The translations under genes were made by a program, and so were the position numbers. From positions 27,889 through 86,280 of the forward strand of contig PLCF01000049.1 of assembly GCA_003135555.1 (NCBI GenBank): DNA of 58,392 nt. Reading direction: 5' to 3'. The notes beneath the pieces were generated by a model. The model saw nothing but the letters and a program-made list of their open reading frames with translations, ran no database searches and was not told the DNA's origin. Source of the stretch: Vulcanimicrobiota bacterium (GTDB lineage: Bacteria > Vulcanimicrobiota > Vulcanimicrobiia > Vulcanimicrobiales > Vulcanimicrobiaceae). Shown piece after piece: positions 37,972 to 47,467 of the stretch (positions within the stretch are counted from its first letter, which is position 1; every line of letters begins with the position of its first letter).

Positions 37972-39684
37972 TCAGTGCATCTCTCTTGCGACGCGCGAGC
38001 CGCTGGTGCCGACCAGGAAGTCGAAGTCGGCGCCGCGCTCGGCGCCCAGCACGTGTTCGGTGTAGAGCTTGGCGTACCCGCGCTCGTACGCGGGTGGTTG
38101 CGGTCGCCAGGCCGCGCGCCGGCGCGTCAGCTCCGCGTCGTCGACGAGCACGTCGAGCCTCCGGTTGGGCACGTCGAGCGCGATCGGATCGCCGTTCTGC
38201 ACCAGCGCGAGCGGGCCGCCGATCGCGGCTTCGGGTGACGTGTGCAGCACCACCGTCCCATATGCGGTCCCGCTCATGCGCGCGTCGGAGATGCGCACCA
38301 TGTCGGTGATCCCCTTGGCGAGGATCTTGGGCGGCAGCGGCAGGTTCCCGGTCTCGGGCATCCCGGGGTATCCGCGCGGGCCCGCGCCTTTGAGCACCAT
38401 CACGCAGGTTTCGTCGATGTCGAGATCAGGATCGTCGATGCGCGCTTTGAAATCCTCGATCGTTTCGAACACGACGGCGCGCCCGCGGTGCGTCAGCAAC
38501 GCCGGCGTCGCCGCGGACGGTTTGATTACCGCGCCGTTGGGCGCCAGGTTGCCGCGCAGCACGGCGATCCCCGCCTGCGTCTTGACCGGTGCGTCGAAGG
38601 GGCGAATCACCTCGCGGTTCCAGCACGGCGCGTCGGCGGTCGCCGCGCCGATCGTGGTGCCGTCGACGGTGAGCGCGTCGCGGTGGATGCGCTCGCCCAG
38701 CTCGCGCACGACCGCCGGAACGCCGCCGGCGTAGTAGAAGTCTTCCATGAGAAAGCGGCCTGACGGCTGCAGGTCGACCAGCAGGGGCAAATCGTGTCCG
38801 AGCCGGTCGAAGTCGTCGAGCGTCAGCGGCACCCCGACGCGCCCGGCGATCGCCAGGAGATGGACGACGGCGTTGGTCGAGCCGCCGATCGCGGCGTTGA
38901 CGCGAATCGCGTTCTCGAACGCCTCGCGAGTGAGAATCTGCGACATGCGAACGTCGGAGCGCACCAGCTCGACGATGCGCCGCCCGGCGAGTTGCGCGAG
39001 CGCGTAGCGCCGCGAGTCGACCGCCGGGATCGCCGCGTTGCCCGTCGGCGCGATCCCCAGCGCTTCGGCCATGCTCGCCATCGTCGACGCGGTGCCCATC
39101 GTCATGCAGTGGCCGTTGCTGCGCGATTGGCAGGCCTCGGCCTCGAAGAAATCGGGCCAGGTCATATTTCCGGCCCGCACCTCTTCGGAGAACTTCCACA
39201 CCATCGTCCCCGAACCGATGTCGCCGCCGCGATACTTGCCGTTGAGCATCGGTCCGCCCGTGACCATGATCGCGGGCAGGTCGACGCTGGCCGCGCCCAT
39301 CAACTGCGCCGGCGTCGTCTTGTCGCAGCCGCTCAGCAGCACCACGCCGTCGATCGGGTTGGCGCGGATCGATTCCTCGACGTCCATGCTCATGAGGTTG
39401 CGGAACAGCATCGTGGTGGGCCGCATGTACGTCTCGCCCAACGAGATGGTCGGAAACTCCAGCGGCCACCCGCCGGCCTCCCACACGCCGCGCTTCACCG
39501 ACTCCGCGACGCGTCGCAAGTGCACGTTGCACGAGGTCAGCTCCGACCACGAGTTGCAGATCCCGATGACCGGGCGCCCGTCGAAGACGTCGGGCGCGAA
39601 GCCCTCGGCGCGCATCCAGCTGCGGTGGATGAACCCGTCGCGATCCTGTTTGCCCCACCACTCCTGGCTGCGTAGTTTCATCAC
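37972..39684 (-). CDS. IlvD/Edd-family dehydratase, L-arabinonate dehydratase-like
   Basis: LRSQEWWG..D..GFIHRSWM, ICNSWSELTSCN, GCDKT, GHCMTMGTASTM, SDARMSGT. Confidence 0.93.
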   Translation of the reverse strand: MMKLRSQEWWGKQDRDGFIHRSWMRAEGFAPDVFDGRPVIGICNSWSELTSCNVHLRRVAESVKRGVWEAGGWPLEFPTISLGETYMRPTTMLFRNLMSMDVEESIRANPIDGVVLLSGCDKTTPAQLMGAASVDLPAIMVTGGPMLNGKYRGGDIGSGTMVWKFSEEVRAGNMTWPDFFEAEACQSRSNGHCMTMGTASTMASMAEALGIAPTGNAAIPAVDSRRYALAQLAGRRIVELVRSDVRMSQILTREAFENAIRVNAAIGGSTNAVVHLLAIAGRVGVPLTLDDFDRLGHDLPLLVDLQPSGRFLMEDFYYAGGVPAVVRELGERIHRDALTVDGTTIGAATADAPCWNREVIRPFDAPVKTQAGIAVLRGNLAPNGAVIKPSAATPALLTHRGRAVVFETIEDFKARIDDPDLDIDETCVMVLKGAGPRGYPGMPETGNLPLPPKILAKGITDMVRISDARMSGTAYGTVVLHTSPEAAIGGPLALVQNGDPIALDVPNRRLDVLVDDAELTRRRAAWRPQPPAYERGYAKLYTEHVLGAERGADFDFLVGTSGSRVAREMH

Positions 39685-40154
39685 TGGCCTTTCCGGGACG
39701 GGGCGGGGCGGCGCGGACGCTGCTTCGCCGAGATCGATTTAATGACGATACGGTGCGGTTGCGCCGGATCGAACGGCTGCGCGGCGCGCGCCAGCGCCTC
39801 GGCCATCAGCGCGCGAACCGGCGGCGCGTCGAGTATCTGCAGATCGTCCAAGACGATCCTGCGGACGACCTTCCCGTCACCGAGGAGCACTTTGTCGGGA
39901 TCGAACAGCTCGGCGCCGTTGAGAAAGTAGAGCGTGACCCAGCGCGGATAGAGCGCGATGGAGAAGATGGCTTCGGAGACGCGCTCGGTCGGGCCGAAGC
40001 CAATGACCGCCGCGCCGTAGTTGTCGTAGACCATTTCCACGGCGCCCGGGAGCAGTGCGCGCATCTTGGCCAGCGCGGCGTGTGCCAGCTCCGCGATCTC
40101 CGGCGTGTACTTCGCGATGAATCCCGCCAGCTGGTCTTCGGGCGAGGGTTTCAT
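39681..40154 (-). CDS. DUF1801-like protein
   Basis: PGAVEMVYDNY, VTLYFLNGAELFDPDKVLLGDG. Confidence 0.8.
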   Translation of the reverse strand: MKPSPEDQLAGFIAKYTPEIAELAHAALAKMRALLPGAVEMVYDNYGAAVIGFGPTERVSEAIFSIALYPRWVTLYFLNGAELFDPDKVLLGDGKVVRRIVLDDLQILDAPPVRALMAEALARAAQPFDPAQPHRIVIKSISAKQRPRRPAPSRKGQ

Positions 40155-40179
40155 CGCCCGAACGCTACAATGCGGCAGC

Positions 40180-40923
40180 ATGAATCAGCTGGATGTGCGC
40201 GGACGGGTCGCCGTCGTAACGGGAGGCGCCTCAGGGATCGGCCTGGCGATCGCACGCCGCCTCCTTGCCTCCGGAGCGCGTCTAAGCCTGTGGGATTCGA
40301 GCGCCGAGGCGCTCGCCGCGGTAGGGTCGCCGCTCCACGACGCGCACATGGTGCCGGTCGACGTGCGCGACTACGCCGCCGTCGAGCGCGCGCGCGACCT
40401 GACGCTGACCGCGCTGCGGCGCATCGACATCCTGGTCACCAGCGCCGGCATCACCGGGCCCAACCTCACCACCTGGGAGTATCCGCTCGACGGCTGGCGC
40501 GACGTGCTCGACGTGAACCTCACCGGAACGTTCCACTGCCTGCGCGCGGTGGCCGAGCCGATGCGCGCCGCCGACTACGGCCGCATCGTCACCATCGGCT
40601 CGGTCGCGGGTAAAGAAGGCAACCCCAACGCCGCCGCCTACAGCGCCTCCAAAGCCGGCGTCATCGCGCTGACGAAGTCGCTCGGCAAAGAGCTCGCGAC
40701 GACGGGCGTGCGCGTCAACTGCGTCACGCCGGCCGCAGTCGAGTCCCCGATGTTCGCGCAGATGACGCAGTCGCACATCGACTACATGCTCTCGAAGATC
40801 CCGATGAACCGCTTCGGCACCGTCGACGAAATCGCCGCGCTCGTCACCTGGCTCTGCACCGAAGAATGCTCATTCTCAACCGCCGCCGTCTTCGACCTAA
40901 GCGGCGGCCGCTCAACGTACTAG
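40180..40923 (+). CDS. SDR oxidoreductase (2-keto-3-deoxy sugar-acid dehydrogenase-like)
   Basis: TGGASGIG, SAGI, YSASK, VNCVTP. Confidence 0.93.
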   Translation: MNQLDVRGRVAVVTGGASGIGLAIARRLLASGARLSLWDSSAEALAAVGSPLHDAHMVPVDVRDYAAVERARDLTLTALRRIDILVTSAGITGPNLTTWEYPLDGWRDVLDVNLTGTFHCLRAVAEPMRAADYGRIVTIGSVAGKEGNPNAAAYSASKAGVIALTKSLGKELATTGVRVNCVTPAAVESPMFAQMTQSHIDYMLSKIPMNRFGTVDEIAALVTWLCTEECSFSTAAVFDLSGGRSTY

Positions 40924-40926
40924 TGT

Positions 40927-40969
40927 CACCCTGACGGAGTCACGTGCGCGTGAGCCCCGTCGAAGGGTG
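40927..40969. repeat. Imperfect hairpin (REP-like or bidirectional terminator) between convergent genes
   Basis: Nested stems CACCCT/AGGGTG, GACGG/CCGTC, TCACG/CGTGA. Confidence 0.55.
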
Positions 40970-40983
40970 GGCCACCTTCCGGC

Positions 40984-41877
40984 CTAGTTGCGTGGCCGAT
41001 AAAACGCGATCGTAGCCTTCGTTCCGCCGGTGAGCGACGTGCGCTCGAAGCCGGGGAACAGCGCGTGCAACGGCGACTCGTCCAGCTCGGCGGCGAACAT
41101 GAGCGCCGGGCCTTCGGCGCGCACGTCCGCGTCGGGCACCTCGACCTTGATGGCGGCGAGCACCTCGTCGATGCGCGCCAACTGGCCTTGGAGGCTGAAG
41201 ACGTGCGCGCCGTCGGGCGTTTCGGTCGCGGCGCGTGCGAAGATCGTGCCGACGTCCTCGACGTAGTCCATCCCGGTCGCGCCGGTGAACCGGATCGTGT
41301 ACGGTCGTCCTTCCGCCGCGGCGCGCATCGCCAGCGTCGGATCGGCGGTGACGCCGATCTCGCGACCAGGCCCGTACACGGTCGAGGGGCGTAGCCCGAC
41401 GCTGCGAATCCCCGCGTCGTCCCAGTACGCGCGCGCGTTACCTTCGCCGCACAGCTTGTAGGCGCCGTAGTGTGTGCGCGGTTCGGGGTGAATGCCGTCG
41501 TCGGGGCCGAAGACCGCCGCGCTCGAAGCGTAGGCGACCCCGCGCACGCCGGCGCGCTTGGCCGCCTCGAACACGTTGAGCGTCCCGAGCACGTTGATGC
41601 GCGCCCCCAGCAGCGGATCTTGGCGCGCGGTCGGAATCAGCACCGCGGCGAGGTGGACGATCGCCTCGCAATCTTCGACCGCGACGGCGACCGCGTGGTC
41701 ATCGGTGATGTCGCCGGTCCGCATCTCGACGCCTCGGCCGCGCTCGCCGGTGATCGCGTCGAAGAGCGTGCGCCGCTCGGTGAGGTCGAATACGCGCACG
41801 TCGTGCCCGCGCTCGAGCAGCGTGCGCGCGGTCCAGGCGCCGATGAAACCGAGTCCGCCGGTGATGAGGACGCGCAC
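40984..41877 (-). CDS. NAD-dependent epimerase/dehydratase
   Basis: GTG start overlapping upstream TAG; ITGGLGFIG, HLAA, ASSAAVFG, YGAYK, VYGPG. Confidence 0.93.
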   Translation of the reverse strand: MRVLITGGLGFIGAWTARTLLERGHDVRVFDLTERRTLFDAITGERGRGVEMRTGDITDDHAVAVAVEDCEAIVHLAAVLIPTARQDPLLGARINVLGTLNVFEAAKRAGVRGVAYASSAAVFGPDDGIHPEPRTHYGAYKLCGEGNARAYWDDAGIRSVGLRPSTVYGPGREIGVTADPTLAMRAAAEGRPYTIRFTGATGMDYVEDVGTIFARAATETPDGAHVFSLQGQLARIDEVLAAIKVEVPDADVRAEGPALMFAAELDESPLHALFPGFERTSLTGGTKATIAFYRPRN

Positions 41878-43145
41878 TAAGCCGGCACTGCGTCGGCGAA
41901 GGGCACCAACTCGTCGCCGGCGAGCGAGAGTGCGTCGCTCTTCTCGCCCGCCTTGTAGCGCCCGCCGCCGTCCATCCCGGCGAGCGCGGCTTCTGAGACG
42001 GCGAACGTCTCGAGGTGCAGCGTGTCGTGAATTCGCGCCACGCGCGCGTGGCGTTCGTCCTCCACGCCGGCGGCGTTGAGGGCGTTGCGAATCGCGTCGC
42101 GATCGTTCTCGCACACGATCGGCAGGCGCGCGCCGGCCGGCTGGGCGGCGGTGAGCACGTTGAGATACGTCGGCGTCCAGTCGATCGCGTCGGCAAGGCG
42201 GCGCGAACAGAAGTCTGCCAGCCCGATTCCGGTCGCGTTCCCGTTCGACTCCTCCGACAGCTCGCGCACAAACAGCTCGCGAACCACCGGGCGCGGCACC
42301 TTTTGCGAGCGCCCGTCGACGGCGCGCCCCGTCACGTTCGTATCCATCCCGGTGCCCGAGAAGTTCTTGCCCATCCGGTCGACGATCAGCAGGTCGAGCG
42401 ACTCGAACGGCAGCGACGGCATGAGCCGCCGCGCGAGTTCGAGCAGGCGTTCTTCGCCGGCGACGATCTGCGCGGAGGTGAAGGCTTCGAGCGTGTTGAT
42501 CCCGCCACGGTTGTCCTCTACGATCGCCAGTCCAGCGACGACCGGCAGGTTCGCGTAGAGCGTAGCCGCCACTTCGCGGATGATCGGCTCGTAGCCCCAG
42601 CGCGCGAACGCCGCATGATAGCGCGCCGCGCCGATCGCCTTGCCCAAGCCGATCGCGGTCATCTTGAGCAGCCCGCTCTCGATCGTGCCGCTGAAATCCG
42701 TGTGCGGCTTGACGCGCGCGACCACGACGATGGCGTCGGCCAGCGCGGCCCGGGCATCGCACACGACCTCGATCCCGTGCTCGGTGCGCGCGATGTCGAC
42801 GACGTCCATCTCGCTCTCGATCGGTGCGCCGGTCGTGTCTTCGGTGATCCCGAGGTGGGCTAGCATCGAGCGCTGGCCGGGTCCGGTCCCGCCGCCGTGC
42901 GAGCCCATCGCCGCGATGAGGAACGGCGATGCGCCCGTCTCGCGAACGGCATCGCAGGCGCCGCGCAGGATCTCACTGATGCGCGCGATCCCGCGACTGC
43001 CCGCGGTCACCGCCACCCGCGCCCCGGGCCGCAGCCCGGCCTGCGCCAGCACCGCGCCGAGCGTGACGCGCGCGGCGGCGGTGACGTTGTCGATGGCAGG
43101 CGTTTGGAGCATGTCGCGAACCAGTCGTGCGTCGATGGCGTTCAT
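41877..43145 (-). CDS. LarA-like (lactate racemase domain) protein
   Basis: TAGSRGI, AMGSHGG, RVKPHTDF, ESGLLKM.AIGLGK, GK..SGTGMD. Confidence 0.82.
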   Translation of the reverse strand: MNAIDARLVRDMLQTPAIDNVTAAARVTLGAVLAQAGLRPGARVAVTAGSRGIARISEILRGACDAVRETGASPFLIAAMGSHGGGTGPGQRSMLAHLGITEDTTGAPIESEMDVVDIARTEHGIEVVCDARAALADAIVVVARVKPHTDFSGTIESGLLKMTAIGLGKAIGAARYHAAFARWGYEPIIREVAATLYANLPVVAGLAIVEDNRGGINTLEAFTSAQIVAGEERLLELARRLMPSLPFESLDLLIVDRMGKNFSGTGMDTNVTGRAVDGRSQKVPRPVVRELFVRELSEESNGNATGIGLADFCSRRLADAIDWTPTYLNVLTAAQPAGARLPIVCENDRDAIRNALNAAGVEDERHARVARIHDTLHLETFAVSEAALAGMDGGGRYKAGEKSDALSLAGDELVPFADAVPA

Positions 43146-43852
43146 GTCGTCTCCGTAAGTGCGATGATGTCGCGTTGGGTCTGGGCAAGATGCACCCGCA
43201 TCGCGTTGCGCGCGGCCTCGGGGTCACGCCGCTCGACCGCATCCGCGATCGTTTCGTGTTCGGCGAGCGCACGCGTGAGCACGCCGGGGATCGCGTCGGT
43301 GAGCGCTTGCGCGTACGAGAGCAGCTCGTGCATCGGCTGCGTCATGCGCTCGAGGACGCGGTTGCGCGCGGCGCGCAGCAGCGTGAGGTGGAAGGCAGAG
43401 TCTCCGGCGACGAAGCGCGCCGGGTCGTGCAGCGACTCGCGCATGGTTACCAGCGCCGCCTGCAGCGCTGTGCGCTCTTCGGGCTTCGCGCGCTCGGCCG
43501 CGAGCGCGGCGACCTCGCACTCCACGATCGTGCGCGCTTCGAGCAAGTCGTGCAACACCGCCGCGCTGGCCCCACGTTTGCGCAGCGCCAGCAGGATCAA
43601 CGGATCGAGGGTGTCCCAGCGGTCGGGCGTGGTGACGCGCGTCCCCGACCCGTGTCTCACATCGATGAGTCCCTTGGCCCCGAGCACCCGGAGCGCTTCG
43701 CGCACGACCGACCGCGATACCCCGAAACGCGCGCTCATCTCGGGCTCCGTCGGCAGCAGGCTGCCCGGCGCCAGCTCACCGCTCACGATCCTGGGCACGA
43801 GCGCGTCGACGACGTGCGCGTGGAGGCGGCGCGGAACGCCGATCGTATCCAT
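43142..43852 (-). CDS. GntR/FadR family regulator
   Basis: LPTEPEM..FGVSRSVVREAL; FCD domain (FHL, EH..I, M..H). Confidence 0.95.
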   Translation of the reverse strand: MDTIGVPRRLHAHVVDALVPRIVSGELAPGSLLPTEPEMSARFGVSRSVVREALRVLGAKGLIDVRHGSGTRVTTPDRWDTLDPLILLALRKRGASAAVLHDLLEARTIVECEVAALAAERAKPEERTALQAALVTMRESLHDPARFVAGDSAFHLTLLRAARNRVLERMTQPMHELLSYAQALTDAIPGVLTRALAEHETIADAVERRDPEAARNAMRVHLAQTQRDIIALTETT

Positions 43853-43864
43853 ACGGCGGCAGGA

Positions 43865-43884
43865 GTTGTCCGATCACCTGACGA
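43865..43884. promoter_or_regulatory. Candidate FadR-type operator (GTTGTCCGATCACCTGACGA)
   Basis: Imperfect GTC..GAC dyad in the 48-bp divergent gap between regulator and uxaA-like operon. Confidence 0.35.
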
Positions 43885-43900
43885 TTCCTAGCGGCCTACC

Positions 43901-44191
43901 ATGCCGCTTTCCGACGATGGGGCCGCCCTGCGCCTCAAAGACGACGACGATGTTGCAGTGGCCTTGCGCAAGCTTGCGAGCGGCGATCGCGTCGCGTTTG
44001 CGGGCGCGTCGGTCGCGCTGATCTCCGACGTTCCGAGCGGCCACAAGTTCGCGACGCGCCCGATCGCCGCCGGCACGCTGATCCACAAATACGGGCAAGT
44101 GATCGGCAAAGCGTCGGCCGCGATCGCGACCGGCGAGCACGTGCACGTCCACAACGTCGAAGGCACCCGCGGCCGCGGCGACCTCGCATGA
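43901..44191 (+). CDS. UxaA-family dehydratase small subunit (SAF domain)
   Basis: DDVAVAL, GHKFA, KYGQVIG, GEHVHVHN. Confidence 0.92.
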   Translation: MPLSDDGAALRLKDDDDVAVALRKLASGDRVAFAGASVALISDVPSGHKFATRPIAAGTLIHKYGQVIGKASAAIATGEHVHVHNVEGTRGRGDLA

Positions 44192-45348
44192 CCGGCACCT
44201 TCATGGGATACCGGCGCGCGAACGGAACCGTCGGCGTGCGCAATCACGTCCTGGTGCTGCCGTCGGTGATGTGCGCCAATCACGTCGTCGACTTGATCGG
44301 CCGCAAGGTTCCCGACGTCGTGACCGTGGGACACCCCACGGGCTGCGCGCAGGTCGGCGCCGACTTCGAACAGACGAAGCGCACGATGGCCGGGTTCGCC
44401 GCCAACCCCAACGTGGGCGCGGTGCTCGTCGTGGGCCTGGGCTGCGAGACCAACGAGTCCAAAGCGCTCGCCGCGGAGATCGCCGAGCGCGGTCAGCGCG
44501 TCGAGGTGATCGGCATTCAGGAGTGCGGCGGAACGACCGAGACGATCGCGCAGGGTATCGCCATCGCGAAGGATCTGCTGCGCGAGGCGGCGGCGCACGA
44601 GCGCACCGAGTGTCCGGTGAGCGCGCTCATCGTCGGCACCGAGTGCGGCGGCAGCGACGGCTTCTCGGGGATCACCGCCAACCCGGCGCTGGGCCACGCC
44701 AGCGATCGCATCGTCGGCGCAGGCGGGACCGTGATCCTGGCCGAGGTGCCCGAGCTGGTCGGCGCGGAGCATCTTCTCGCCGCGCGCGCCACCGAACCGG
44801 TCGCCGCGAAGCTCTACGAGCTGATCGAGCGCGTCGAAGCGCGCGCTCGCGCGATGCACGTCGACATGCGCTACGGCAACCCCACGCAGGGCAACATCGC
44901 CGGCGGCCTCACGACCATCGAAGAGAAATCGCTCGGCGCCGCCTACAAGGGCGGCTCGACGCCGCTCGTCGACGTGCTCGAGTACGCCGACCGGCCGGCG
45001 GCCAAAGGCCTCGTCGTGATGGACACGCCGGGCCAGGACATCGAGCAGCTCACCGGGATGGTCGCCGGCGGCGCGCAGGTCGTTGTCTTCACCACCGGAC
45101 GCGGCACGCCGACGGGCTGTCCGATCGCGCCGGTCATCAAAGTAGCCACCAACACGACGATGTTCGAGCGGATGCGCGAGAACATGGACGTCAATGCAGG
45201 CGCGATCCTCGACGGGACGCGCACGCTCGAACAAGTCGGCGACGAGATCTTCGGGTGGATCGTGGACGCCGCAAACGGGCGCGAGCCCGCCGCGGAAGTC
45301 CTGGGCTTCCGCGATTTCGCGATCAACCGCATCGGTCCGTCGTTCTAG
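44188..45348 (+). CDS. UxaA/GarD/SuyB-family dehydratase large subunit
   Basis: GYRR.NG.VGVRN, GLGCE, ECGGSDGFSG, GGLTTIEEKSLG, FTTGRG. Confidence 0.95.
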   Translation: MTGTFMGYRRANGTVGVRNHVLVLPSVMCANHVVDLIGRKVPDVVTVGHPTGCAQVGADFEQTKRTMAGFAANPNVGAVLVVGLGCETNESKALAAEIAERGQRVEVIGIQECGGTTETIAQGIAIAKDLLREAAAHERTECPVSALIVGTECGGSDGFSGITANPALGHASDRIVGAGGTVILAEVPELVGAEHLLAARATEPVAAKLYELIERVEARARAMHVDMRYGNPTQGNIAGGLTTIEEKSLGAAYKGGSTPLVDVLEYADRPAAKGLVVMDTPGQDIEQLTGMVAGGAQVVVFTTGRGTPTGCPIAPVIKVATNTTMFERMRENMDVNAGAILDGTRTLEQVGDEIFGWIVDAANGREPAAEVLGFRDFAINRIGPSF

Positions 45349-45384
45349 CGACGGATTTTCGTCCGATCTGAAAGGAACTCACAC

Positions 45385-46542
45385 GTGAGACTCGACCGGA
45401 AGAATTTTCTTGCAACGAGCGGCGCCGCCGCAGCGGGCGCTGCGTTCGGCTTCCCCGCGATCGTCGGCGCCGCTCCCGAACCGATCCGGCTGGGCTCGAT
45501 CCCGTGCCTGACCGGCTCGAACGCGTTGCTCGGGCAGCAGGAGCACGAAGGCGTCCTGCTGGCAATCGAAGAGATCAACGCCCGACCCGGCAAGGTTTAC
45601 GGCGGCCGTCCATTCGAGATGGTCGAGGAAGACGCGACCAATGACAATCAGTCTGCCGTCGCCGCGCTGAACAAGCTGCTCGGCGAAAACGTCGTCGCGA
45701 TCGTGCTACCGGTCCTCTCGACGCAGATTCAAGCGATGGCCCCGGTGATGAAGACGCACGAGATTCCGTGGATGACGGGCGGAACGGCGGTGAAGAACAC
45801 CCAGCTCGGCGTCCCGGGGATGTTCCGGCTACGCGGCTCCGACGCCATAACCGCCGCGGGCATGACCAACTTCGCCGTGAAGGACAAGAAGGGCAAGAAG
45901 ATCGCGATCTTGCACGCGAGCGATGCCTTTGGCGTCGGCGGCGCCGACCAGATCGTGCAGAACCTCAAGGCGATGGGGATGAGCCCCGTAGCCAACGAGC
46001 AGTATCCCAAGGACGCTAAGGACTTCACGGCCGAGATCCTCAAGATCAAGCAGGCGGGCCCGGACGCCGTGCTGATGTACATTCAGAATCCGAGCGACAC
46101 GGCGATCATCCTCAAGCAGATCAAGTCGCTCGCTTTGAACGTCCCGGTCGTCGGTTCTCCCTCGCTGGGGAACCAGACGGCGATGGAGGTCGCCGGGAAG
46201 GACGCGTACGGTACGTATTGCGCGCTCGATTTCATCGTCGGCTTCAACTCCAACGTCGCCACCCACTTCCTGACGTCGTTCTTCCGCAAATACCACCACT
46301 TGCCCGACGTCGGCACCGGCTCAGGCTGGGTGTATGATGCGGTCTACATGCTCGCCGACACCTACAAGAAGCAGAAGGGCACCGATCCCAAACAGACGAT
46401 CGCATCACTCCACGCAATCAAGAAGTGGGAAGGCGTTCTGGGCACGTTCAGTGCCGACGCCGAGGGCAATATGGTGCACTCGGTTTCGATCGGCCAGAAC
46501 GTCGACGGCAAGCTGCACCTGGTGAAGACGGTCACGGGCTGA
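45385..46542 (+). CDS. ABC substrate-binding protein (Liv-type)
   Basis: Tat-like signal; LAIEEIN, DFTAEILKIK, YDAVY. Confidence 0.92.
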   Translation: MRLDRKNFLATSGAAAAGAAFGFPAIVGAAPEPIRLGSIPCLTGSNALLGQQEHEGVLLAIEEINARPGKVYGGRPFEMVEEDATNDNQSAVAALNKLLGENVVAIVLPVLSTQIQAMAPVMKTHEIPWMTGGTAVKNTQLGVPGMFRLRGSDAITAAGMTNFAVKDKKGKKIAILHASDAFGVGGADQIVQNLKAMGMSPVANEQYPKDAKDFTAEILKIKQAGPDAVLMYIQNPSDTAIILKQIKSLALNVPVVGSPSLGNQTAMEVAGKDAYGTYCALDFIVGFNSNVATHFLTSFFRKYHHLPDVGTGSGWVYDAVYMLADTYKKQKGTDPKQTIASLHAIKKWEGVLGTFSADAEGNMVHSVSIGQNVDGKLHLVKTVTG

Positions 46543-46549
46543 CCTAGAC

Positions 46550-47467
46550 ATGCAGTTCGACCCGGTCGCCAACATGCAACTGCTGGTCAGCGGGTTGGCG
46601 TTCGGGTCGATCTACGCCCTCGTCGCGCTCGGATTCGTGCTGATCTACAACGCGGTCGGCGTGGTGAACTTCGCGCAGGGCGAGTTCGTCATGTTCCCGT
46701 CCTACGTCGCGGTATCGTTCATCTTGCCGGCGGTCACCGTGTTCGGTACGGTCGTCCACTGGCAGCTGCCGATCGTCGGCGTGTACGTGCTCGTGCTGGT
46801 GCTCATGACCGGGTTCGGGCTGCTGTTCAACCGCATCGCCTACCACCCGCTGCGCGATCGGGGTTGGATGCCGGTCGTCATCTCGACGATCGGCGTTTCG
46901 ATCTTCCTGCGCAACGCGGCGCAGCTGATCTGGGGCAGTCAACCGATTGTGATGCCGAGCTTGTTCGCCGTCGACACCATCTCGGTCGGGCCGTTGCACA
47001 TCCGCCCGCAGGACCTGCTGATCATCGCAGTGACGGCAGTGCTCATCGCGTTCCAGTTCTTTCTCTTCGAGCGCACGACGCTGGGCAAGCAGATGCGCGC
47101 CACGGCGCAGGACCGCGCGACCGCGCGACTGGTCGGGGTCCGGGTCGGTCGCATCGTCGCCATCACCTTCGTCTACAGCGCGCTGCTGGGCACGATTTCG
47201 GGGCTGCTCGTCGCACCGCTGTTCACGGTTACCAAAGAGATGGGCGCGCTCATCGCGCTTAAAGCGTTCGCGGCGAGCATCGTCGGCGGCTTCGGCAGCA
47301 TCCCCGGCGCGATCATCGGCGGGCTCACGATCGGCGTCATCGAGACGTTCGGCGGGTTCTACATCTCGTCGGCCTACGTCGACGCGATCGCCTTCATCAT
47401 CCTCATCAGCGTGCTGCTGGTGCGCCCGCAGGGCCTTTTCGGCGAACGCGTCGCGGAAAAAGCGTGA
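46550..47467 (+). CDS. ABC permease (LivH-like)
   Basis: VNFAQGE, GGFGSIPGA, RPQGLFG. Confidence 0.95.
   Translation: MQFDPVANMQLLVSGLAFGSIYALVALGFVLIYNAVGVVNFAQGEFVMFPSYVAVSFILPAVTVFGTVVHWQLPIVGVYVLVLVLMTGFGLLFNRIAYHPLRDRGWMPVVISTIGVSIFLRNAAQLIWGSQPIVMPSLFAVDTISVGPLHIRPQDLLIIAVTAVLIAFQFFLFERTTLGKQMRATAQDRATARLVGVRVGRIVAITFVYSALLGTISGLLVAPLFTVTKEMGALIALKAFAASIVGGFGSIPGAIIGGLTIGVIETFGGFYISSAYVDAIAFIILISVLLVRPQGLFGERVAEKA

Noticed and set aside
41878..42762. Apparent 592-aa epimerase fusion
   Set aside because: Upstream part overlaps the LarA-like gene in another frame; real start is GTG 41877.
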